This document shows positions 1 to 8,693 of a stretch of DNA of 64,000 bases, piece by piece. A program made the position numbers and the translations under genes. Within the stretch, counting starts at the first letter, position 1; each line of letters begins with the position of its first letter. Where the stretch lies: contig JBQDTF010000008.1 in assembly GCA_052099095.1 (NCBI GenBank), positions 26,164 through 90,163 on the forward strand. The letters are read 5' to 3'. A model generated the notes under the pieces. That model ran no database searches and was not told the origin of the DNA. It saw only the letters and a program-made list of their open reading frames with translations. This DNA is from Pseudoclavibacter sp. Lineage in GTDB: Bacteria; Actinomycetota; Actinomycetes; Actinomycetales; Microbacteriaceae.

Positions 1-1084
1 AGTCCTTGTACGCCTGGTCCCAGGCGGTGACGTGAGGGATGGAGCGGATGCAGTTGATGCAGGAGTACGCCCAGAAGTCGATGAGCACGACCTTGCCCTC
101 AGCGGCCTGCGCCGCGAGCTGCACTTCTTCGCCGTCGGGCGTGTTCATCCACTCCTGGATGTCGACGAGGTCGGGGGCCGGTCCGCAGTCGCCGAGTTCT
201 GGATCACCTGGCGTGCAGTTCGTGAGCTGCTCGTTCTGGTCGTTGACGAGGCCTCCGAATGCGAGAGCCTCCTCGACCTGCTCGTTTGAGTTGAACTGCT
301 CCTGCAGCCCGGCCGTGTAGTCGGGCACGAGGCGCTGGAGCAGCTGCGGGAGGTTGAAGACGAGGCCGATCGCGAGGGCGATCATGACGACGCCCGCCGT
401 GATGCGGATGCCGCGCTGGTGCTTGCGGAAGGCCTTCACGCGCTCGCCGACTCGACGCCCAGCGAGGGCGAAGATGAGGAGCGGGATAGCGGCGCCGATA
501 CCGAAGGTCACCGTGAGGATGACGGTTTCGATGCCGATCTGGCCGGTCGAACCCGCAACCGTGATGGCGGCGAGCACTGGGCCGGCGCACGGGACGTAGA
601 CGGCACCGAGCGCGATGCCGAGGAGGAAGCCGCCGCGGTCGGTGTTGACCTGCTTCTGCGGGATCCACGAGAAGGGCTTCTCGAGCAGGTGCTCGAACTT
701 CGGCACGATGAGGCCGATGCCGATGAGCACCAGGACGATGATGCCGGCCCAGCGCAGCACGTCTTGGGGAAGCCCAAGGAGGCTGAGGAGCAGCGAACCC
801 AGCAGCGTGAAGACGCTGAAGCTTGTAACGAGGCCCAGGATGACGAGGTAGGGACGTGCAGATGCGCGCCGCTTCGTCGCCTGCTCGCTCTTGACTCTCG
901 TCTTGAGCGCGCCCTCGTCGGGCCCATCGGCCCCGGGATCCTGGGCCTCGGCCTGCATCTCCTCGTCGCTGCGTGCACCCTGCACGCCGCCCGAGAAGAA
1001 GATGACGGGCAGCACCGGGAGGATGCACGGCGATATGCCCGTGATGAGGCCTCCGAGGAAGCCGATGAGTCCTAGCGAGATCAT
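1..1084 (-). CDS. dipZ: CcdA/DsbD-type membrane thiol:disulfide transporter fused to a C-terminal thioredoxin-like domain (DipZ-like); 3' end runs off the window
   Basis: Own translation from ATG (rc of 1082-1084): [30 protein letters not shown]..., later ..[14 protein letters not shown].., and near the window edge ..[21 protein letters not shown] (CxxC redoxin motif). Absent from the ORF track because there is no stop inside the window. Confidence 0.85.
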   Translation of the reverse strand, partial: MISLGLIGFLGGLITGISPCILPVLPVIFFSGGVQGARSDEEMQAEAQDPGADGPDEGALKTRVKSEQATKRRASARPYLVILGLVTSFSVFTLLGSLLLSLLGLPQDVLRWAGIIVLVLIGIGLIVPKFEHLLEKPFSWIPQKQVNTDRGGFLLGIALGAVYVPCAGPVLAAITVAGSTGQIGIETVILTVTFGIGAAIPLLIFALAGRRVGERVKAFRKHQRGIRITAGVVMIALAIGLVFNLPQLLQRLVPDYTAGLQEQFNSNEQVEEALAFGGLVNDQNEQLTNCTPGDPELGDCGPAPDLVDIQEWMNTPDGEEVQLAAQAAEGKVVLIDFWAYSCINCIRSIPHVTAWDQAYKD

Positions 1085-1368
1085 GTTGCGCTCCCTGCAG
1101 CGTGGCTGTCAGGCGGTCGTTCATGCCTGTGCACTGCATTCGGAGCGGTGTGCCTTTCGGTTTGGTCTCGCCGCCGTCAATTGCGTGGAACGGTCCGAAT
1201 TCGACCCCGGAGAGCCCCCTATACGAAGAGGACTCTGCACACGCGATTTCGGCAGCCCAGAATTTATTCCGAACTTTTCCAATCCGCTTCACGAGGGCCT
1301 CCGAATGTCTCAGTGAACCGCAACGGATGCGGCTCCGGCCCCCCGGCCGAGAAATGAGGAGTGAAGTT

Positions 1369-2058
1369 ATGCGCACTATCACCAGGAAGGGCTCACTCGC
1401 CCTCCTCTCGCTGGCGGCCATCTCGACCTTCGGCCTGGCAGCCTGCTCGAACTCGGCCCCCATGGCTGAGACCGACGCCTCCACGGAAGCCTCCCCAATG
1501 GAGACCACGATGGAGTCGCCTATGGAAACCACCATGGAGACGATGGACCCCGCAGCAAACCTCGTTGGCCCCGGCTGCGCCGACTACGCGGCACAGGTGC
1601 CGGACGGCGCAGGCTCGGTTCAGGGCATGTCCCAGGACCCGGTCGCGGTTGCGGCTTCCAACAACCCGCTGCTCACGCAGCTCACGGCAGCTGTCTCCGG
1701 CCAGCTCAACCCTGATGTTGACCTCGTCTCGACGCTGAACGGCGGCGAGTTCACGGTGTTCGCACCGGTGGATGAGGCCTTCGGCAAGATCGACGCAGGC
1801 ACCATCGAGACGCTCAAGACCGACGCGGACCTGCTCTCGGGCATCCTGACCTACCACGTCGTCGAGGGACAGATCCTGCCTGACGAGATCGCTGGAGACC
1901 ACACGACCGTTCAGGGCGAGACCCTGACCGTTGCGGGCTCCGGTGACGACCTGACTGTCGGTGCCGGCGGCGCCAAGGTCATCTGCGGTGGAGTCCAGAC
2001 CGCGAACGCAACCGTCTACCTGATCGACTCGGTGCTCATGCCGCCGTCGAAGATGTAA
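1369..2058 (+). CDS. Fasciclin (FAS1) domain lipoprotein, MPT70/MPT83-like, with a Met-rich N-terminal repeat
   Basis: ATG 1369 preceded by GAGGAG. Signal peptide with lipobox LAAC. FAS1-like blocks [11 protein letters not shown] and [16 protein letters not shown]. In frame with track ORF 1102..2058. Confidence 0.9.
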   Translation: MRTITRKGSLALLSLAAISTFGLAACSNSAPMAETDASTEASPMETTMESPMETTMETMDPAANLVGPGCADYAAQVPDGAGSVQGMSQDPVAVAASNNPLLTQLTAAVSGQLNPDVDLVSTLNGGEFTVFAPVDEAFGKIDAGTIETLKTDADLLSGILTYHVVEGQILPDEIAGDHTTVQGETLTVAGSGDDLTVGAGGAKVICGGVQTANATVYLIDSVLMPPSKM

Positions 2059-2088
2059 GACAGTAGCAACTAGCACGAACAACAGATA

Positions 2089-2120
2089 AGGCCCCGGATC
2101 TTGCATCCGGGGCCTTTCTC
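2089..2120 (+). terminator. Intrinsic terminator after the fasciclin gene
   Basis: aggccccggat / atccggggcct 11-bp stem, 5-nt loop, followed by ttctc. Confidence 0.7.
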
Positions 2121-2342
2121 TGATTCATTTCCGCGCACCAGGCGGATATGCGCGCGAATATCACAAGTCGGGCACGGCTTTCCGAGGATTTCCACACAGG
2201 ATTTCGTTATACGGATATCCGGGGGACACAATGGGTTGTCCGGTGAAGAACGCGGTCGCACCAACTGAGCGCCACAAGCGCCACAGGGGAGACCGGCGTC
2301 CGACACCGGCGACTACAGTCACCAACGAACTCTGGAGCTCTC

Positions 2343-2615
2343 ATGGGATTCCTCGCATTCCTCCTTCTCGGACTCATCGCCGGGGCCATCGCGAAGCTCA
2401 TCCTGCCCGGCAAGCAGGGCGGCGGATGGATCGCAACCCTCATCCTCGGCGTCATCGGAGCACTGCTCGGTGGATGGATCGGCACCGCGCTCTTCGGCGC
2501 AGACGTCGATGCATTCTTCTCGCTCAGCAGCTGGCTCCTCGCCATCGGCGGATCGCTCATCGTGCTCCTCATCTGGGGATTCATCACGAACCGCGGCAGC
2601 AAGAACAGGGCCTAA
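2343..2615 (+). CDS. GlsB/YeaQ/YmgE family (transglycosylase-associated) small stress membrane protein
   Basis: 90 aa, three Gly-rich TM helices: GLIAGAIAKLILPGKQGGGWIATLILGVIGALLGGW, typical of the family. Confidence 0.9.
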   Translation: MGFLAFLLLGLIAGAIAKLILPGKQGGGWIATLILGVIGALLGGWIGTALFGADVDAFFSLSSWLLAIGGSLIVLLIWGFITNRGSKNRA

Positions 2616-2635
2616 CAGCCTCAGCATGACCTCGA

Positions 2636-2668
2636 CTGCGGGCCCCGGCACATCGCCGGGGCCCGCAG
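2636..2668 (+). terminator. Hairpin terminator (I-shaped, weak T tract)
   Basis: ctgcgggccccggc / gccggggcccgcag perfect 14-bp stem, 5-nt loop. Confidence 0.65.
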
Positions 2669-2722
2669 TTGTCGCACTCCCCAAGCCGCACCGGCCCAGC
2701 CTCACCCCTCTCGGAGGAGCCC

Positions 2723-3214
2723 ATGAACGACGTGACCGCCGAGCGCTCGCAGCGCGCTTTCCGAGCTGGACATGTCCGAGTCCGCGTCGTCGGTCCGTTC
2801 GACCGCGACGTGCGACTCGAAGGGCCCGCCGGTGAGCTCGCCGATGAGGTCGTCCTGCTCGTGTCACGCACAGGCTCCGTCTCGAGCATGCAAGGCGCGA
2901 GATCGATGGTCTTGAGCCCGCTGGACGCCACCTTCGTCCTGAATTCCTTGCCGCACGCGCACCGCATCCCGGCAGGTTCGGCACTGTACTGCTTCACCCT
3001 CCCCCGCAAGCTGCTCAACGCGGCCACGACGCAGCGACGGATGCTCACGACCTCCCGCGCCGGCGACCGGACGGCCCTCCAGCACTCGGCAGCCGCGTTC
3101 CTCACTGCCTACGGCGATTCCCTGATCGCCGGCGCCAACGCCCAGCCAGGCGACGAAGCCACGCTCGTCCGCTTCGCGGCCATGCTCATCCTCGAGGAGC
3201 CTTCGAGCGCCTGA
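2723..3214 (+). CDS. Hypothetical protein; possibly an AraC-type effector-binding-like domain without an HTH
   Basis: High GC3 codon pattern. GGAGGA 4 nt upstream of ATG 2723. No recognisable catalytic or DNA-binding motif. Vague resemblance to the N-terminal halves of the AraC regulators at 33901 and 36909. Confidence 0.45.
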   Translation: MNDVTAERSQRAFRAGHVRVRVVGPFDRDVRLEGPAGELADEVVLLVSRTGSVSSMQGARSMVLSPLDATFVLNSLPHAHRIPAGSALYCFTLPRKLLNAATTQRRMLTTSRAGDRTALQHSAAAFLTAYGDSLIAGANAQPGDEATLVRFAAMLILEEPSSA

Positions 3215-3258
3215 AGCCGGGCGAGGAACGCGAGCAGTGCTCGCGCCTTGCCGTCGAC

Positions 3259-4014
3259 ATGTGGTTCGCTCGAGGCATGAGCCCGAGCGCGACCCTCCCC
3301 CATTCGACCCGTGCCGCAGCCCGCTGGCGAGCCCTCGAACGCTGGGAGCGGCTCGCGGCGCTCCCGATGTTCTTCATCGCTGTCGCCTTCTTCGCCGCGT
3401 CGTCGATGCTGCTCATCGACGTGCAGCTGTCGACGGATGCGCAGAGCAAGCTCACAACGCTCGTGTCGGTCAGCTGGATGCTCTTCATCGCCGAGTTCGT
3501 CGCACGCCTCGTGATCAGCCCATCCAAGCTCACCTTCGTGCGGACACGCTGGTTCGACCTGCTCTCCGTGTTCGTCGTCGTCCTGCGGCCGTTCCTCATC
3601 GTCACCTACCTGTGGCGGCTGCCGTTCTTCCGCAACGGTGGCGCGAGGGCGAAGCGCACCCGCAACGTGCTCGCCGTCTCCATCGCCTCACTCCTGTACG
3701 TCTACACGGCCTCACTCGGCGTCTACCTGGTCGAGCACAACACACCCGGCGCGACCATCGTGAGCATGGGCGACGCCCTCTGGTGGGGCTTCACCACCAT
3801 CACGACCGTCGGCTACGGCGACTTCACGCCCGTCACGATCGCCGGACGGGCGCTCGCCGTCTCGCTCATGGTCTCCGGAGTGCTCATCGTGGGCTTCGTG
3901 AGCGCGACGATCATGTCGGCCATCCGCGAAGACGCGCACACGATCGCCGCGAAGCTGACCGCGAAGGCAGCGAGCGAGCCGGAGGCCGCCCACCCGGAAC
4001 AGACAGCGAGCTGA
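3259..4014 (+). CDS. Potassium channel (ion transport protein family)
   Basis: Selectivity filter TTVGYGD within WWGFTTITTVGYGDFTPVT. Upstream TM helices include an Arg-spaced S4-like segment. Confidence 0.9.
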   Translation: MWFARGMSPSATLPHSTRAAARWRALERWERLAALPMFFIAVAFFAASSMLLIDVQLSTDAQSKLTTLVSVSWMLFIAEFVARLVISPSKLTFVRTRWFDLLSVFVVVLRPFLIVTYLWRLPFFRNGGARAKRTRNVLAVSIASLLYVYTASLGVYLVEHNTPGATIVSMGDALWWGFTTITTVGYGDFTPVTIAGRALAVSLMVSGVLIVGFVSATIMSAIREDAHTIAAKLTAKAASEPEAAHPEQTAS

Positions 4015-4090
4015 GCCTCGAGCACCCTCGGCACTCGGAGCGCCCCGGCACTCAGAGCAGCTCGAGTACGCGAGCACCCCGCGAATGCAG

Positions 4091-4123
4091 AAGACCCGGT
4101 TGCCAGAACGGCAACCGGGTCTT
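4091..4123. terminator. Bidirectional hairpin between the K+ channel gene and the tRNA genes
   Basis: aagacccggttgcc / ggcaaccgggtctt 14-bp perfect stem, 5-nt loop. Confidence 0.65.
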
Positions 4124-4129
4124 CATCGG

Positions 4130-4203
4130 TAGCTGGAGAGAGATTCGAACTCTCGACCTCACGATTATGAGTCGTGCGCTCTCACCAACTGAGCTACCCA
4201 GCC
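4130..4203 (-). tRNA. tRNA-Met (anticodon CAT), elongator type
   Basis: rc reads GGCTGGGTAGCTCAGTTGGTGAGAGCGCACGACTCATAATCGTGAGGTCGAGAGTTCGAATCTCTCTCCAGCTA. Cloverleaf folds by hand (two G-U pairs in the acceptor stem). The anticodon stem lacks the initiator GGG/CCC. Confidence 0.85.
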
Positions 4204-4235
4204 AAGGGTTTCTGCAACATTCAACTGCTCCAGAA

Positions 4236-4310
<75 letters not shown>

Positions 4311-4406
4311 AAGATGCCAATCGAGCTTGTGGCTCGGAATGGCACCAGATGAGGATAGCACCTCACGGAACCCCGTGAGAACACCACCCTCGTGGCGTGC
4401 CGCGTG

Positions 4407-5678
4407 TTACGCGCCTGTGCTTTCGCCTGGCATCGTGACGACGGTGGACGTGACGTTGAACTGCGTGAGGAACGCGATCGGGTCGATCTTGTTGCCATCA
4501 GCCGTGTGCACCTCGAGGTGCAGGTGAGGGCCAGTGGATGCGCCCGTGTTGCCGACCTTGCCGAGCTCGTCGCCGACCTTGACGACATCGCCGACCTTGA
4601 CCGCGATGGAACCCGTGAGCATGTGCCCGTAGACGCTCTCGTAGCTCTGGCCGTTGATGACGTGCTGCACGATGACGTGGACGCCGAGGCCGCCGTTGTC
4701 GGTCGGGGTGACGCTCGTGACGGTTCCGCCGGCAATCGCGCCGATCGGGGTGCCCTGCGCGGGAGCGAAGTCGATGCCCATGTGGTTCGTGCTTCCGATG
4801 CCGCCTGGCGAGACACGAGGACCGAAGTCGTCGGTGATCGCGACGCCGACCGGGAAGGGCCACTGGACCGTCGAGGAGAGGTCGTTCTTGTACGTGCCTC
4901 GATCGACGAGGCTCATGAGGTTCGCAGCCGTGGCCGATCCCATCGTGGTGACGGCGTACGCGTCTTCGCGCTCGACCGTCGTGCCTTCGCCGCCCGAGAC
5001 CGTGAGGGTCTGGCCCGGTACCGAGGAGACGGCATCGGCGAGCGCTGCTGCGCTGTCGCCTGCGACCTGGTCTTCCTGGGTGGACGTGGCGTTCGCGGGC
5101 ATCGTCGATACGACGGCGATGGTCGCTGCGAAGCCGAGAGCCGTGACACCAGCAGCACCGCGGAGGAGAGCGCCGCGCTTCTTGTGCGACTTCTCGGAGT
5201 TCTTGACGCGGACGAGGCCGCGACGACCGGTCTTGCTGTCGACCTCTGGGCGGAGGGCCTCTTCGTTGCGAGCGAAGCTCAGCGGAACCTCGAGAACTGC
5301 GACGGATGCCCGCTCGATGCGTGCGGTCGACTCGGTCTCGTCAGAGCGGATCTGTGCGACCTCGGCGATGCTCGGGGTGATGAGAGAAGCGGGAGCGGGG
5401 GCAGGGGCCGAAACCACCGCGGAAGCCTTGGCGATGGGAGCCGTCTCGACCACCGACACGACCTTCGGGGCGAGAGCAGCGGTGATGACCGGAGCTGTCG
5501 GAGCCGGAGTCGTTGCTCGCTCTGCTTCGCGACGAGCACGACGCGAGCTGAATGCCTCTGGCGTCGCCTCTGGTGCGCTAGCTGCGAGCGATGCGAGACG
5601 CTCTGCTTCGCGGAGTTCTCGACGGGTCATGGGCGCCGGCTGAGCCTGCTCCTGGCCCGATGTGAGAAGGGAAGTCAA
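4407..5678 (-). CDS. M23 family metallopeptidase (secreted peptidoglycan hydrolase)
   Basis: C-terminal HMGIDFAPAQGTPI ... GASTGPHLHLEV motifs (HxxxD and HxH). TM/signal segment ALGFAATIAVV. TTG start at 5678 with AAGGA 9 nt upstream; start uncertain. Confidence 0.85.
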   Translation of the reverse strand: MTSLLTSGQEQAQPAPMTRRELREAERLASLAASAPEATPEAFSSRRARREAERATTPAPTAPVITAALAPKVVSVVETAPIAKASAVVSAPAPAPASLITPSIAEVAQIRSDETESTARIERASVAVLEVPLSFARNEEALRPEVDSKTGRRGLVRVKNSEKSHKKRGALLRGAAGVTALGFAATIAVVSTMPANATSTQEDQVAGDSAAALADAVSSVPGQTLTVSGGEGTTVEREDAYAVTTMGSATAANLMSLVDRGTYKNDLSSTVQWPFPVGVAITDDFGPRVSPGGIGSTNHMGIDFAPAQGTPIGAIAGGTVTSVTPTDNGGLGVHVIVQHVINGQSYESVYGHMLTGSIAVKVGDVVKVGDELGKVGNTGASTGPHLHLEVHTADGNKIDPIAFLTQFNVTSTVVTMPGESTGA

Positions 5679-5907
5679 CGATTCAAATCCTTACCGCGGT
5701 TTATAACGAACTGGTAAATAGTAACGCGGAGGTCACGGAAACTTCAAGGTCTCCGGAGAATCCACGCGGACGATAGTCCGCTCGGACGTCCGATGCACCC
5801 ACCGGTTCGCTTGGAAACACTGGGCAGGGCCCCCACATCTCGGTCGAATCGAGATCGCAGTTTTTCACCCCGCACGAGCGCGCGTCGGGCGTGCCGCCGT
5901 TACAAAC

Positions 5908-6777
5908 TCAGAGCCCGGCCCCAGGAAGCGCCGTCACCAGACCGGCGAGCTCGAGCTCGAGCCCCGGCTTCGCGGCGATGATCAAGCCGCGCCCTTCTCG
6001 CCCGAGCCCCTCGCCGACCACGACGGCGCCCGCCTCGCGGGCGACCAGCGCGGCTCCCGCGTGATCCCACGGATTCAGACCCGACTCGTAGTAGGCATCG
6101 AGCCGGTTGATCGCGATGTTGCAGAGATCAAGGGACGCCGCACCGACTCGACGGAGGTCCCGGACGCGACCCGCGAGCGTCTTCCACTGCTCCGCTTGCT
6201 GCACTCGACGCTCGGCCGAGTAGCTGAACCCGGTGCCGACGAGTGCGAGCTCGAGGGGCGGGGCAGCATCCACTCGCAACCGGCGGCCATTGCACCAGGA
6301 CCCCTGCCCGCGCACGGCGGTGAAGGACCCTCGCCCCTCAGGGTTGACGACTGCAGAGGCGAGCGTCGTGAAGCTGGACGGCTCCGACCCCGGGTCCCCG
6401 AGAACCACAGCGACACTGACCGCGTAATTGGGGTAGCCGTAGAGGTAGTTGACGGTGCCGTCGATGGGATCGACCACCCAGGTCAACCCCGTCTCGCTCG
6501 CCGTCGCATCAGACTCCTCGCCGAAGAAGCCGTCTCCGGGGCGCAGCTCCACGAGGCGACGACGGATATGCGCCTCCGATTCACGGTCTGACGCCGTGAC
6601 GATGTCGACGGACGACGACTTCGTATCCGCGACCGCCACCCCTTCCTTCCGACGCGCGGCAACGAGGTCGCCGGCCTCCGTCGCAAGCGTGAGCGCGATG
6701 TCGAGCAGCTCGCGGAGCTGCTCTGCAGTGAACTGGTCGGCGTCTGGCGTGAGAGAGGAAGCGTCGAGATGGGTCAC
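5908..6777 (-). CDS. Inositol monophosphatase family protein (SuhB/ImpA/HisN-like)
   Basis: GEE..., WVVDPIDGTVNY and GAASLDL motifs. GTG start at 6777 (VTHLDAS...). The longer track ORF to 7584 is an out-of-context extension. Confidence 0.85.
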   Translation of the reverse strand: MTHLDASSLTPDADQFTAEQLRELLDIALTLATEAGDLVAARRKEGVAVADTKSSSVDIVTASDRESEAHIRRRLVELRPGDGFFGEESDATASETGLTWVVDPIDGTVNYLYGYPNYAVSVAVVLGDPGSEPSSFTTLASAVVNPEGRGSFTAVRGQGSWCNGRRLRVDAAPPLELALVGTGFSYSAERRVQQAEQWKTLAGRVRDLRRVGAASLDLCNIAINRLDAYYESGLNPWDHAGAALVAREAGAVVVGEGLGREGRGLIIAAKPGLELELAGLVTALPGAGL

Positions 6778-6810
6778 CGCTGGAGCGTAGCAAGACCGCC
6801 CTCCCCGGCC

Positions 6811-6853
6811 GTTTCTGTGTTTGTGTTTGTTTCTCTTGTTTTGTCTCCGTTTG
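6811..6853 (+). promoter_or_regulatory. T/G-rich tract with iterated TGTTT units upstream of deoR-fruK-fruA (candidate DeoR operator array/promoter)
   Basis: gtttctgtgtttgtgtttgtttctcttgttttgtctccgtttgg, compositionally very atypical for this genome, 50-90 nt upstream of ATG 6904. Confidence 0.4.
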
Positions 6854-6903
6854 GCGCGTACGCTCTCCACCAGAACCAACACCCGGATCGCACAGGAGCA
6901 TCC

Positions 6904-7689
6904 ATGTACGCAACGGAGCGGCACGCGCTCATCCTCGAACGCATCGCGCAGCACGGAAAAGTCGCCGTGCGAGAACTCGCGGGCGACCTCGACGTCACCC
7001 CGGAGACCATCCGACGCGACCTCGACCAGCTCGAGCTCGAGAGTCTCGTCAGACGAGTCCACGGTGGCGCCGTCAGCAGCTCCCTCGGCAGCCTCGCCGA
7101 GACCGCAGTCGCCGAACGCCAGCCCCTCAACCACGACGCCAAGGTGCGCATCGGCGAGGCCGCAGAGCAGCTCATCCCACGCGGCTTCACCGGCTCGATC
7201 CTCATCGACGCCGGCACCACCACCGCTGAGATCGCAGCCGCCCTCGTGCGACGCCCAGCCAGCGAACTGGCGCAGCTGCAGGTCATCAGCAACTCCCTGC
7301 CTATTCTGGCGCTCCTCGCGGCACGCAGCGAGCTCACAACCATCGCCATCGGCGGCCGCGTCCGCGGACTCACGAGCGCCGCCGTCGGCCCAAGCGCCCT
7401 CGCCCAGCTCGCAGCGCTCCGCCCCGACCTCGCCTTCGTCGGGACCAACGGCATCAGCGCCGAATTCGGGCTCAGCACACCAGACCCGGACGAAGCCGCC
7501 GTGAAATCGGCCATGTGCCGAGGAGCCCGCCGCGTCGTCGTCGCCGTCGACGCCTCCAAGTTCGACCAAGACGCCCTCACCCACATCGCGCCCCTCTCGA
7601 GCGTCGATGCCCTGGTCACCAACCAGCCCCCGCGTGCGGCACTCGCCGCCGCGCTCACCGAGAACGACGTGGAAGCAGTGCTCGCATGA
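6904..7689 (+). CDS. fruR: DeoR family transcriptional repressor (fructose operon regulator)
   Basis: N-terminal HTH ERHALILERIAQHGKVAVRELAGDLDVTPETIRRDLDQLE plus DeoR C-terminal sensor domain. Stop overlaps the fruK start. Confidence 0.85.
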   Translation: MYATERHALILERIAQHGKVAVRELAGDLDVTPETIRRDLDQLELESLVRRVHGGAVSSSLGSLAETAVAERQPLNHDAKVRIGEAAEQLIPRGFTGSILIDAGTTTAEIAAALVRRPASELAQLQVISNSLPILALLAARSELTTIAIGGRVRGLTSAAVGPSALAQLAALRPDLAFVGTNGISAEFGLSTPDPDEAAVKSAMCRGARRVVVAVDASKFDQDALTHIAPLSSVDALVTNQPPRAALAAALTENDVEAVLA

Positions 7690-8693
7690 TCGTCACCGTC
7701 ACCGCCAACCCGGCCATCGACAGAACCCTCGCCCTCCCCCACGAACTCGCCCGCGGCGAAGTCCAGCGACTCACCGGCAGCGAATCGCAGGCAGGCGGCA
7801 AAGGCATCAACGTGTCCCGCGCCCTCCGCGCCTCCAAGCTCGACAACCTCGCCGTCTTCCCCGCATCCGCCGAAGACGACTTCACGCACCTCGTCGAAGC
7901 AGAAGGACTCCGGATGCTGCCCGTGCGCATCGAGGGCAACGTGCGCACCAACTTCGCCGTCACCGAGACCGACGGCACCACGACCAAGCTCAACGAGCCG
8001 GGCCCGCACCTCAGCGCAGACGAAGCCGAAGCCCTCGTCGCCGCCGTCGTCGCCGCGTCCCGGGACGCCGACTGGCTCGTGCTGGCAGGCTCCCTCCCGC
8101 TCGGGGTCGACTCCTCCTTCTATGCAGTGCTCATCGAAGCCGTCCGCGCCGAACTCGGCGACGCCGCCCCGCGGGTCGCCGTCGACAGCTCCGACGCTCC
8201 GCTCGAGGCGCTCCTCGCATCCGGAACCCGCGTGCAGCTCATCAAGCCCAACGCATTCGAGCTCGCCGAACTGAGCGGCATCGCCGACGGAGACACCCTC
8301 GAAGGCGACCCCCAGCTCGCCGCAGACGCCGCAGGCTGGGCACTCGACAACGGCGCAGACGCAGTCCTCGCCACCCTCGGCGGCGCAGGCGCCATCTACC
8401 GAGACGCCACCACCAGCCTCTTCGCCACCCCGCCACCCACTCGCGTGCGCAGCACCGTCGGAGCGGGCGACTCGTCGCTCGCCGGCTACCTGCTCGCGAG
8501 CGTCACCGGGGCCACCCCCGAACGCGCCCTCGCCCAAGCCGTCGCCCACGGAAGCGCCGCCGCTTCCCTGCCAGGCAGCGGAGTCCCATCCCCCGAGCAG
8601 ACACAGCCGGACCTCGTCCGCATCACCCACCTCGCCGTACCCGGCGAACACAGCAACAGCATCGCCACCAGCACCAAGGAGAACGCATCATGA
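7686..8693 (+). CDS. fruK: 1-phosphofructokinase (PfkB family)
   Basis: MIVTVTANPAIDRT..., GGKGINVSR and C-terminal VGAGDS motifs. ATGA overlap with the upstream gene. Confidence 0.9.
   Translation: MIVTVTANPAIDRTLALPHELARGEVQRLTGSESQAGGKGINVSRALRASKLDNLAVFPASAEDDFTHLVEAEGLRMLPVRIEGNVRTNFAVTETDGTTTKLNEPGPHLSADEAEALVAAVVAASRDADWLVLAGSLPLGVDSSFYAVLIEAVRAELGDAAPRVAVDSSDAPLEALLASGTRVQLIKPNAFELAELSGIADGDTLEGDPQLAADAAGWALDNGADAVLATLGGAGAIYRDATTSLFATPPPTRVRSTVGAGDSSLAGYLLASVTGATPERALAQAVAHGSAAASLPGSGVPSPEQTQPDLVRITHLAVPGEHSNSIATSTKENAS

Noticed and set aside
204-1535. 443-aa minus-strand ORF, and similar very long ORFs elsewhere (e.g. 6774..8651-, 9443..10822-, 13168..15564+, 24012..25979+, 24205..25542-, 30777..32504+, 53655..55373+, 40282..41775-)
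   Set aside because: These are Arg/Pro/Gly/Ala-rich low-complexity translations that lie antisense to, or out of frame with, genes having clear family motifs. They are the typical shadow ORFs of a stop-codon-poor high-GC genome.
5679-5907. c-di-AMP (ydaO-type) riboswitch in the ~230-nt leader of the M23 peptidase gene
   Set aside because: On the minus strand I see GCGGGGTGAAAAAC and TGGGGGCCCTGCCCA blocks reminiscent of ydaO. These riboswitches do precede cell-wall hydrolase genes in actinobacteria. However, the block order differs from the consensus I remember, and the 3' CCGAATCC..AGCTAACCTCGTAAGC-type segment is missing. A cmscan against RF00379 would settle it.
7607-8689. 361-aa N-terminal extension of the fruA ORF, and the similar extension of fruK from 7515
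   Set aside because: The extensions are RP-rich junk overlapping the real deoR and fruK frames. ATG starts with 4-nt stop/start overlaps (7686, 8690) give canonical N-termini.
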